From Haliotis cracherodii (Eukaryota): a stretch of DNA of 64,000 nt. The notes under the pieces were generated by a model. It was given only the letters and a program-made list of their open reading frames with translations, was not told the DNA's origin and did not search any database. The translations under genes and the position numbers were made by a program. Below, piece by piece: positions 12,277-23,548 of the stretch. The DNA is taken from the NCBI RefSeq assembly GCF_022045235.1, contig NW_027266271.1:9176001-9240000 (forward strand), in the 5' to 3' direction. The first letter of the stretch is position 1. The number at the start of each line of letters is the position of its first letter.

Positions 12277-13171
12277 CAGACTAGGGACCGTAGTCCCCTC
12301 ATGGTCCTCGTCAGCACCCGGTCCCGTCGTCACTGGGGAGGCTGAGTGACGCTCTCGATCAACCGATTGACGAAGATCAGTCATCAGCAGGCGAACTGTC
12401 AAGTTTCTTGTCGAAAACAGAAGTTGTGAGGCGGGTCTTTATCAACTGATGCCATGGGTGTGGCCGACTAGCCACCCCCAGGGCCTGATGTGGAGGGTTC
12501 AGAGTCCAAGGATCCACCCGATGACCTACTCTGCTTGTAGCGCTGGTCAGCAGTCCGCTTCGCCAACGCACGATGATACAAGTTAAAGTTTATAGAAGAT
12601 AAGTGCTCACATTCTTTACAACGTTTATCCCACGAACACGTTGAATCCCCTCCTTAATGATGCAGGAAGGACAATACTTCTGAGGGTCTACTTTAGACAG
12701 TTTTCTTTGATACGAGGCACCAATGCCTGACATGTTGCCACGTGTATAATCAAGTCAAACGTTGAAACATGTGTTGAACACATACAATGGATTACCAAGG
12801 CTTACATTCCAGGACTCTACAGGGAAGACATATTTATTATTACTTTATTAGAACAAACAACTGTAGACAAGCGATAAGTACTAGCAGAATACAAACTAGC
12901 AGTCTACTGTGAAAGCCTTTCTCGAGCGACCAGCTCAGAGGCGCGCTGAGAGATTTATGACATGTCATAGGGAGGTGCGTGCGCAACCGGACGAAAACAT
13001 GTTTAATGTTTACACTCCAGCTTCTTGCTTCCTTTTAAACCTGCGACTAGACATGAGGGTATGAGAGATACCCATTTGTACGACTGAAAACAGACTAAAA
13101 CAATATGTTTAAATCATAGACCCAAATTTGACAAGGATCATACTCACAATCACAGGTACATTAACACTTAC

Positions 13172-13884
13172 ATTCTGTTCTCCACTTGTTTGAGCAATGG
13201 AAGTCAGCTCAAGTGTAGGTGTATTTACACTGACCACAGACGTCTGCTCAATGTCTGTCTGCTCAATGTCTGTCTGTTCAATGTCCGTCTGCTCGATGTC
13301 CGTCTGCTCGATGTCCGTCTGCTCGATGTGCTCCTCCTCATTCTCTGCCTCCCGTTCCTCAGACACTAGGTAATATACAGACTTTCTACACGTCTGTTCC
13401 AGATGACTGTTGTCATACCTCTGTAGTGGTGTAGGCCCTGTGGCATACAGCCCATCATTCACCTCCAGAAGGGGAATACAGGGAACATGGGAAACACTGT
13501 CATTCAGAGATGATTCAGCAGGGACACCCATGAGGCTTCTATCTCCAAGACTCACTTCCCGAAGATTAGCCATGCCAGAATTATAGCTGCCCTGCAGTGA
13601 CTCGGAGAGATCGCTGTGTCCGAAGTCATCGTTGTCATCAGCATCATTGATGGAATTAATGCTATGGCGTTGCATATAATTCTGGAAGTGTACTTCAGTA
13701 CTTGGTGGCCTTATTGAATGATAGCCACTATTTGCTCTCCCTGAGGGTGGCAGGTGAATGGAGTAGAAAACCCCAGCAGGTGAGTTGGGAAGACGTGAGG
13801 ACAGGTGCGGTCCTCGGAGAAGACTGAAATAGGTTTCTTGCTCTGTCAGATATCCCAAATGATCATCAGATGGTGGGACATCTC
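13172..13884 (-). CDS. Gene A large coding exon (contains FGHSDLSESLQGSYNSG and IEQTD repeats)
   Basis: ORF 13109..13858. Acceptor tatttgcAG at 13886-13885, donor AAT|GTAAGT at 13171 (an alternative in-frame GTGAGT donor lies at 13147). Phase 1 to 0. Confidence 0.8.
13241..13328 (-). repeat. Coding 15-bp minisatellite, about 6 copies (IEQTD)n
   Basis: gtctgctc(a/g)atgtc(t/c) tandem units inside the gene A exon. Confidence 0.95.
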
Positions 13885-14364
13885 CTGCAAATAATACAGA
13901 ATCATAGACTTCATAAATGTTATAAATAGATTTTATGCTTCATCAGCAAATTAGATATTGATTAAACCCAACAAGAACTGAACATGCTGTCAGTTGGACG
14001 ATGCAGTCAGTGCAAGTACCCGTGGAGTGTCAGCTTCATGTGGAAGGAGCGTTGAAGCAGCAGGTCCAGTGTTCCCGCTGGCTTTTGAAACTGTCATTCC
14101 CAGTGGACTGGCAACTATAAAAATTACCAGTCCCACCTAATTTTCCTCAGTCCAAACTTTCAAAAAATGAAAATCATATGAAAATTTTAATTTGTAATTT
14201 TTTCAACATCAATTTCAGTGCAGTGTACTTTCATGGCTGACAAATTCAGTGGTCATTTCTGATGTAACATTCTTTGCCAGAATCATGCTGGTCAAGTACA
14301 AGTACAAACAGGAAAACAGTTGGCAAACTGTCCTTTCAGATATCTTGTCAAGAGGAAGACATAC

Positions 14365-14443
14365 CAGATTCTTCTGTAGGAAATGGAAGACTGTCCTCTC
14401 CTTGCCATGCCTCTTCTTCATTCTGTCTGCTCCCATCACTCAT
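14365..14443 (-). CDS. Gene A first coding exon (MSDGSRQNEEEAWQGEDSLPFPTEES)
   Basis: Exon 14447-14365 with gtttgcAG acceptor and TCTG|GTATGT donor. It ends in phase 1, matching the next exon. ATG at 14443. Confidence 0.7.
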
Positions 14444-14784
14444 CACCCTGCAAACACAGACCACCACTTGAGGCTGCTTCTACTACAGACTTCTGTCAGT
14501 TTGATAGTGCCAGCCAACTGAGATACCATGCCCCAGTTCAACATGGATTCCCCACACAGACACATTATTCCGACTCTAACCGACCAGTACTTGTTTTAGC
14601 CCCTTAATGCTAAGTGCCAGGCAGGTCAACAACCACTACCATCATAATGATAGTTTAGGCACCTTTAATTTTTGCAGACCAAACAACAAACAAAAGATGT
14701 AAGAAGGCATATTTCTTCAATTCATTTGAAAATTTCATCACAGTGCTTCCTTCTTATAAAAAATAACACCTGCAAAAGTAGCTT

Positions 14785-15253
14785 CAGTGTTCCCGCTGGT
14801 GGACTGGCAACTGGCAAAAATTACCAGTCCCTCCTAATTTTTGTCAGTTACAACTTTAAACAAATAAAAAAAAGTATGTAAATTACCTAATTTTAATTTC
14901 AAGATCTCATTTAAGTCATCTCTGAAGTAACCTAGTTAGATCTACACAAAATTCACACAAAGTCTAGTCACAATTTTCTCTTTTGCTTTGAATATTTCGA
15001 CACTTACATCCCTACTATTATATTTATCCTCAAGGCAAAGCGAAATGTTAGATCCTTGCACTAAAAATAGACAGGGGAGAGCCTGATGATAACAGACAAG
15101 CTAACTTTGTTCCAAAAGTATACTTATATGAATATCGCTGATGTTTTGTTCAACAACAAAGATTTATAAGGTATTTTTCTGCTGGTCCACAGGGACTGGC
15201 AGTCACATCAATTACCGGTCCATGCCTAATTTTACCGGTAAACGGGAACACTG
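14785..15253. mobile_element. hAT-like MITE (cagtgttcccg TIR); an extra left end lies at 14067-14200
   Basis: cagtgttcccg at 14067 and 14785, cgggaacactg ending at 15253, shared ggactggca..aattacc.gtcc subterminal motifs. No clean TSD. Confidence 0.6.
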
Positions 15254-16939
15254 ATTTTGCTCATTTTAACAGGGTGCCACAAAACTTTCCAGAAGCAGTT
15301 AAAGTTATTGTTATCCACTCAAAGTAATTTCATGGTGCAAAACTTTCCAGATTTACAGTAGCTGCTGCCTCAGTTTCATGATGTAACCAAACTGATTGTT
15401 TGACTGCAAACCCTGGTATGTGAATTAAGATTTTTATTTAGGATGAACACTGGTCAAGTATATATAGCTGGTTATTTTTGTTTTCTATTCGTAATTGGTT
15501 TTAATTACCAACATAGTCGATGATGAACAACTTTGTTGTTTTATATACAGTTTCATATATATTATGTAACAGCTACGAGATTGTCTGTAATATAGCACCG
15601 GCAGATTAAGTGATTTATATCATTCATGGACTGTTGCAAATTCAGTGTCTTTTTAAAACTCTATTATAGTGAATACAAACAAGTCTGTGACTATATTAAT
15701 ATTGAAAGTTTCATAAATGTAAAATCAACTGATAATTTATAATATTAAATGAGGATAAGAAATACCGGTTTGCACTTTTTTTCACCAGTCAGAAATTCTA
15801 ATCAGACTGTAACCAGTTATCAGAGTAATCATGACAGTAATCAGTAATCTTAATTAAATCACGAAATTCTGTCCATAATTTAAATCTACCAAAATTTGTG
15901 ATAAAAGATGACAAGAGAATTTCTTGATTTTATTTCAGATGATAGGCCTTCACATCCGTACACTACTGTATTAATATCATAACCTTTAGTGTAATAATAA
16001 ATTGCTTCAAATTTGATCATAATTGCAACAAAGGCCTGTGGTGATTATTCGGAATACCGGTTACAGTCTGATTAGATTGTTTACCAATCCCAATCTCCAG
16101 TCGAAATAACAATATGTTGAAGCCATTATGACAGGCCTACCTTTAATGTAAGTGGGCTGAGTGACGGGCAGGTCATGAGAGGTGAGCCTGAGACAGAAGA
16201 CGGCCCGATGGAAGCGGCTTGCTACATGATTATGAGCAGGGGGTTGTTGTTGGTGAGCTATTCTTGCACACATAGGAGATTCTGTAAACAAATGCATACA
16301 AAATTAATTTTTTCTGTTTTTCCCATTAAATAAACTAATTTTTAAAATACACACAAATAGGAAATGGTGATCTTGTAATTGGTATGATTTTTTTGTGAGT
16401 ACATTGATGTTGTTCCAATTGATGTTGTGGAACACTGGAACAACATCAACTCGCCGATACAGTTGTATATTTGCCCTTTCAATAAAGGTAGACACTTGTT
16501 CACTATAAATTTATGAACTTTGCAAAACATACGTAATAGCTATTGGCGATTGCATCTGGGGATTATATATTATAGCTGTGAATTACATATATTGTTACAT
16601 GTAAAGATTGTGGAGTTTATGAAGAACGATAAACTTTGAACATTCAATTGAAAGCTTATTATCGGAAGTAGTAACATGCATAACATTTTTTTAATAATGA
16701 CAACATTAGTGTATAATAATAACTTTATTGATAATTTATAACAATAATGGCTGTAGTCATGGCAACTTCCAAACTTTCGGGAAGTTGTAATCTATCGGAC
16801 CGTCATTCAGGCGATGTTTCTGACAGATCACGATCTGAAAAATACTATCATGAAAGTGTATCCCGTGGATAAGCCGACCCCTTTCTACAGAATCTTTTTT
16901 CTGGTCCTTAAAATTCGGCTTATACGCGGTCATATACGG

Positions 16940-17062
16940 TACAAAACATCATACCAACTTCAAGATCAGGAAACTCCAAGAAGCCGTCCACATCAAATGA
17001 CTCCAACCAGGAATCAAGGATATTACATCCCAACAACCTACCATGAACTCATCACTAAACAA
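16940..17062 (+). mobile_element. Penelope-like element GIY-YIG C-terminal remnant
   Basis: FKIRKLQEAVHIK...NQGYYIPTTYHEL resembles the PLE endonuclease end. A probable 3' pLTR remnant lies at about 22240-22350 on the other side of DIRS-c. Confidence 0.45.
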
Positions 17063-17064
17063 TC

Positions 17065-20000
17065 ATGTATTTTTGGGGGTAAAAATATCACTTATACTTA
17101 CCCTGACTCATACTTACTGCTTATCTCTACTCATTTCCTGACAGGTAGTGGAAACTTCCTGAACTGTGTTCCCGGAGAAAAGATCTCACCCCGACGCACC
17201 CCTGGACTGAGCATGTGCATCCGAAGCACATGACCAAGCCCTATTACTCGTCACTCTCAAATTTCCCGTACTTAATTCATCCAAAACAGAGAAAGAGGGG
17301 ACGGCTAGGTGGGCACTTTAGGGCATGGGTCAGAATAAGCATAAATGATATTTTTAACCTAAATAATACATATTTTATCTTATCAGTCTCATTCCTATTG
17401 CTTGAATCCCATGATTGGTGGTGGGTTCCACCTCTTTGTGGTTCAGATCGAGCTCTGTTCATTAACCCCTGGGAATGGGATATTCTTCGAAATGTATAAT
17501 GTATATCAAATAGGGGTACCACCTTCTTGTGAAAGAGTAAATCTGTTAGGGTTCGTGGATTGTGCTTACTCATTGGATTGTTAGCACTCATGCTCTGAAT
17601 TACATAGTAAAACAGGTGAACATAGACTTTCAGTCATTGGTTATGGAACAGTAACCAGACATCAATACGTCTATGTGAATACTGGGAGTGCGGCCTATCT
17701 TCTGTTAGGCATACCAGGTAGTTAATTGTTGTGCTACCACTTCTGGTCCTAACTGGTTAATTCCAGCCACATCTTGTGTAGAAAAATCTCAAAGGCAATG
17801 GTTAGCGAAAACCAAATCCAATCTCCAGAAACAGCTTTCCATAATGGTCAGGATGGAGCAGTTTCCATGTAACGAAGATGGCTCTCACTTCATGTGGGTT
17901 GGAGGCAGATGGGGGTGCTAGCCCTGCCGCTCTGTAGACTGAGGGTGACTGCTGTCATCCAGAAGGAAATGGTTGTTCTGGATACTTCTGTGGAATTATT
18001 CCTAGAGAACGGAATGAACAACCTTCGTAATCTCTGTCAGCTAGAGCTTGATCTGTGTAGGTAGATGCATAAGGCGCGACCTAGACATAAGGACAAATCC
18101 TCAGTGTCCTTTGATCCTAGGATTCATGAAAGTGGCAGAATATGAAACTGTCTGTCTGGCCAGGTACCTAGTTGATTCTTGGCGATAAATTCCCTTCTCA
18201 TGATGAGATGAGCCAATGCATTCTCGTCACAGAAATCGATTGCATGAATCTAAGACAGAGTAAGATGTTCAAAGTCAGCTTGTTGTAAGGGTTCATAAGC
18301 TTCACTGGTAAGGTGATTAAGTACCACATGCAGATCCCAGGCTGGGGGCTTTGAATTTTTTCTGTTTGATTTTCAAGTCCATACAATCGTAGCAAGGCGA
18401 ATAATAGTTTGGGGAGTTTCATTCCATTACTCATAGTTAGCACAAAACTTGTACTACGTAAGTGGCAAAGGAATTCTGCTTCTAGTGGTAGGGTAGCTTT
18501 GGCTGATGTTAATACTTTATAGGTTGCAAACTGGTCAAAAGTTTTCATTTATGCTTGTACAAATTCCTCTTAGGTCTGCAAAGGCATAGGGAGACTGCCT
18601 TGGCTGCTCTGTCTGAACATGCCCTCCTAGCAAGGTTCAAAGTGATATGTTCCATAAGTGAAGTTTGTGAGCATCTGGTTTTTGATGAACGTCAGTGGGG
18701 TGAGGATGAAGAAGAAGGTTTGGCCAGTTTTGGAGTCTTAATGTTGGTTTCCCTGCTGGTGCAACAAGTCCTGGGAACCAAGTCCTTGCTAACCAGTAAG
18801 GCGCGACCCAAAGCAGTAATTGGTTGTTGGTTCCATCTGATTTTCTGAATAATCAGAGGTAAAAGTCGACAGTCCAAGCTAGTGGGTTCCGAAGTGGTGA
18901 GACGAATGTTGTTAACTGTTGTTGAACCTTGTTGTGAATAGGTCTATTGACGGGCAACCTTTCTCCCTTGTTATCACCTGGAATGTCTCCAGATGGAGCA
19001 TCCACGCTGTTGGTGATGGTTTGGATGGCGTGGATAGAGCTACCCCTAGGACATATATTGCTCCAGGAATATGTCTTGCCTTTGTGTGTGGATTGAGAAT
19101 GTCTCTTAGTGTGAACAGCTGAAATGTTAATCTCAGAAGGGTCACTCATCTTGTCGTTCATTGAAGATTGATATAAAAGGCAACAGTTGAGTTGTCTGTT
19201 CTTATGACCAAGAAACTGTGTTTGAGTTGTGAGACCCTTCGACGGCCCATGGTGAGTCTGTAAAATCTAGTTGCTTATATATCTACCAAGCTATTGGCGT
19301 TAAGATTGCGTTCATCTACAGATCAACCGCCTGGTCCCATGTGGATGTAATAAAGTGCACTCCCCAGCCCATTGTCGAGGTCTCAACATATCAGCCATTG
19401 AAAGTAAGCTGCATCTTGTAGAGTAAGGCCTCATATATAAATGTTCAGTCTGAATGATTATACCAAGTATGAAGATCAAAATCTTGCGGAAGTGCGGCAG
19501 TGTTAACAAAAAATTGTGCCTTCAAGGAGTGCAAAAACGTATGTTGCATCAAAACGATTCCCAATACTCAAAAAAGAGGTATGACTTGTCCCTCTGGATT
19601 GATCATTGCTATGTCGGCGTGTAGTTTTGGTGGAAAGGTGATGGATTCTATCCTCTGTGTGCCGTATAAGCTTTCCCATTCTTATATCACAGTGACAATG
19701 AATGGTGATGCCTCGGTGTGAACTACTCTACATGACGTCATCGGCGATCTCCAGAAGTAAGTGATCCTTTCACAATGATCTTGTGGTTTCAGCTTTATGA
19801 CCAAGTAATCGTGCAAGCCGATCTGCAAAGGGGCACTGCACGTTTCACATTAGGTCAGTTTGACCTATTTCGAGCATAGTCGCATTGTTTGTTTACAGTC
19901 AGTGAATCTTTGACACATGATCATCCTGCGCAGAAAACAGAAACGGCATTCTTGCCAGGGGCGAGACCCAATGCTCCATGCACTGACAATCCGGTGTGAA

Positions 20001-22035
20001 CTGCATGGTAGATAGACAAAGTGATGTGTCAAGTTCTGAAGCATAACGGTATACATGCAGTCCCTGTAGAATCTGTGACATGGCCGGTACAGAAGCATGA
20101 TATTTGATGCATGTAGGTAACTGCAAATTGCCGATATTGGACAAAGCTTTGCCGATCATACTGTGATGTTTCAATGAATAGCCCAGTTAATGTCCAGCTT
20201 GTCTTGATTGTCCATGAATGACTGATCCCCTAGGTACAGATACGCGGAGGTGATAATGTACTGCAATCACCATAGCAGGGTTTGGAATCCTAGGTGAGAA
20301 TCATGAAGGTTATGAATGGTACTTCCAGAATTTGGGTAACCGGTAAACCATGACTATTGTGTAAAATAACAAGGCGGTTGTTAGTGTTTTAATGATCTTT
20401 TCTGTTTAGGCGTGGGTTACCATCACTTCATAAATGTCGCAATTGTGCCAATCCTCATTGTGAGAGTTCAGTGAATTTTCCAGCCAATTTTCCCTGTCTA
20501 ATCAGTGTTGGTTCAATGTTGCTGAACAATTCTACAGTGAGAGCGTAACCTGAAAATCAGACTGGGGTAACCCCGATAATATGAGAGATCCCTCCAGACG
20601 AAAGTATGGAGGGGCCAGGATGTACCACAGGTTGATGCTGCTGCATGTTTAATAGTGCATGTGGCATAAGTATAGCAACCAGGTCAGTGCTGGATGACGA
20701 TGCAGGGATAGCACTCTTTCATAAAGGCAGACTGGTGCTTGAAGGTCAAGTCTGCATGAAGGATGTGTCTGCTTGGAGGCCTACTTCTTTCTCAAAGGAC
20801 GAAGGTTTTAGAATTCGGGGCAGTGGATGAATGGTCAAGTCTGAGAAATAAATTCAGAAATTGCCGTTGAAAAAGGGTAGGCTTGTGTGAAGACTTCTCT
20901 TCATCGCCCATGCTGCTGTATAGCGGGTAGAGAAGGTTGTCAGAATACAGGCTTTTTTTTTAACAAATGGGAGTACATGAAGCCTTGAAGGCTGTGTGCA
21001 GGTCTGCAGCAGCATGCAGTTCTGTGGCTGCGTGAAGTCAGGTGTAGCTGCCTATGTGAAGGTCTGTGGCTATTTAAAGGCCTGTGCAGGAATGTCCATG
21101 CTGCGTGCTGCTGTAGATCAAGTAAAACTTGCTGGGTAACATGAATTCCTAATCTGCATTTGTAAACGAAGCTGGTATTTCATGTTGCAAAAGGTTAAAG
21201 GCAATGTGAAAGCTGGAGGCTGTGCGAACATTGCGGCTTGTAGGAACCCTAGCAACTGCGTGCCGGTAATTTCTGCGTGAACATCTGGGACTGCACGCAG
21301 GCTGGTTGCTGCGCAGATGTTTGGTCCAGCACAGTTTACCTGAAAGGCTGCCAGAACCCTAGAGGATGTTTGGAAGAAGGTAGCTGTGCACAGGTGGGCT
21401 GCCACTGCATTCTGTGAACCCCAGAGGCTGTGTGAACCCCAGATGCTGTGTGAATCCGCAGGCCTGCGTGAAGGTCTGAGGCTACATGAACGTCTGTGCA
21501 TGAGGGTTGAATCCAACATGAGAGGTTGTTTCTGCATTGCTGATGTTGTTCGATGCAGAGTTTTTAGGCTGCAGCTGCAGCAGTCTGCTTCGTGATATTC
21601 ACGTTAGCATAGACGTGTTGACTCTTTGTTGGCTTTGACTGAGGATGTAGCTAGAAGAAGGATTCTTCTTCGCCAGCAATTACAGATTCACGATGAAGGC
21701 AGCTGCCAAAGAAAAATGTTCTTTAGAAAGGATAGTAGAAGGTTAAGAGAATGTAATCGGAGCAAGAAAATTAAAACGTTTAATTTTGATAGGTTGGCTC
21801 GGATTACAAAGCTCAGGATTTTTTTCTCAACCACTCGACTGGCGCGAAAATGAGAGTGACGGGTAATTGCATGGGCTTGGTCACAAGCTTACGGTATGCA
21901 TGTGTAGTCCAGGTGTGCGTTCGGATAAGATTTTTTTTGTGTATTCTCTGGGAACACAGTTCAGGAAGTTTCCACTACCTTTTGGATATGAGTAGAGATA
22001 AGACATAAGTATGAGTCAGGAAAAGATAAAATGTA
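17065..22035 (-). mobile_element. DIRS1-like element (DIRS-c) with both ITRs and ICR, coding region decayed
   Basis: ITRs about 17100-17268 vs 21843-22030. ICR about 17323-17400 is complementary to both termini. YR remnant (NPHEVRA about 17900). RNase H/MT remnant (ARHIPG, SIDLFTTRFN, 18912-19145). Confidence 0.88.
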
Positions 22036-22866
22036 GACCTCATTTCCAATGTCTTTTGTTTACATTTATATTTTATTCTGTCACATCTTAATACTTGCTT
22101 CCAATCAAATGGTCCATATCATGCATTGTTAATCCCATTTATATGTACATCGTTAGGCTTCATACTTCAATCTGTTGTGTAATCATCAATCTATCATCAT
22201 TAACCTAGTATAAACACCAATTACCCACATGTATATAACCTAGCAACTTCACATTTCTGTACATCACTTGCTTGATAAACGGTATCTCAACCGACATGTC
22301 ACATTCATTGTATTTGTAATAAAGAAGTTGTATATCCATAGAACTATCTCCCTTTTTATCACACCAACTTCTAAATGGCCCTGAAAGAAAGTATTATATG
22401 TCTGTTAGCCCATCACCGAGCCTGTGATTTCATCACTTTCAATTGACTAGACTCTAAAAGTATCTTCGAAAATTGATATTCGCAACAAAATCACAATCAC
22501 TTTTTTCGGGTTACTTGCCTTTTATCACTATTTTACATTTACATTTAAAATAACATGTGCACCAAATTTGGAATGACAGAAATATCTCCCAATCTCGTTG
22601 ACAATGATAGGTCTGATGTAGATGATAGATCTATGCAGTGTCAACTCGGCAACTTTGATGACGTTACACCAATCATTATAACGCGACAAACCAGGATTGA
22701 TATGAATGTTCGAAAACAAATGGCTGTCATTGCGTAGTATGCCCCACAGACAAGTACTAAACACATCTATAGTGACATACGACGAACATAGTTGACAATA
22801 CCGCCCCGTCAGTCTGTAAACAGATCATTACCGATTGAAACATGGCATCGCTATTGCAATACTCAC

Positions 22867-23400
22867 CTTACCAGATGCTGCCACACTCCCAAAGTTTTGA
22901 AATAACCAAAGTAAGGACAAACTATTTTGTGAAAATATTCCCTTCTTACAAATTTTCAGTCTTCACAAACGGTCGTCGCTATTTAAAAGTGCGATAGTGG
23001 ATAAAACTAACGCATACACACTGTCTCGAAAAGTGTGTAAAATAGCCACGGCCTTTTAACGAACCAGCGCAGCATAGGACGTCGCTATTTTACGCAGACC
23101 CGCAGCATACCCAGTTGTTCACAAACTGGGCCCCGTCTCTGATATCACTTGCACAAGTTGAGGTCGCGCATAAGGAGCGGGAACCATAACTAAGCTGGTT
23201 CTTGTGATATTGAAGACGGGGCCCAGCTTACCCGCTGGGTGCGTTCGTGCCCAACTCGTGTTATTCCGGGACAAGCCGAATCTTCTTGCAGGTTACGGAA
23301 AAGGGAGAGTGGTGACGAATGATAACATTCATCTACAGTGGGGGGAGACGTCTTCTTGCAGGTTATGGAAAGGGGCGAGTGGTGACGAATGCGGTGTTAA
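22867..23400 (-). promoter_or_regulatory. Putative 5' UTR exon and CpG-richer promoter of gene A
   Basis: Two tandem minus-strand donors (GGTGAGT at 22867-22861, GGTAAG at 22872-22867) next to a CpG-rich non-repetitive stretch. The assignment to gene A is inference. Confidence 0.35.
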
Positions 23401-23548
23401 AGGGGCACTGATCTAACGCAATTCCCCGGACTGGTTGTTGCCTTTGTTATTGTTTTTTTCCCCCGTGAGTACCCGGATGATACGCAACGCAACTGAGCGT
23501 GACCAGAGACTGGGCTACCGTCTGCAAGGACAGCAGAATAAACTTGGA

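Larger units (their letters stand above)
7818..13090 (-). mobile_element. DIRS1-like tyrosine-recombinase retrotransposon (DIRS-b), decayed; 3' ITR not found
   Basis: Minus-strand order gag (12740-10852), RT, RNase H, methyltransferase, YR. The YR C-terminus HPHEVRA...FDSHYLRD ends at about 7818. Many frameshifts. Confidence 0.92.

Noticed and set aside
21118-21853. ORFs of 70-140 aa as host genes
   Set aside because: They lie within DIRS-c between its ITRs, in the decayed low-complexity gag region.
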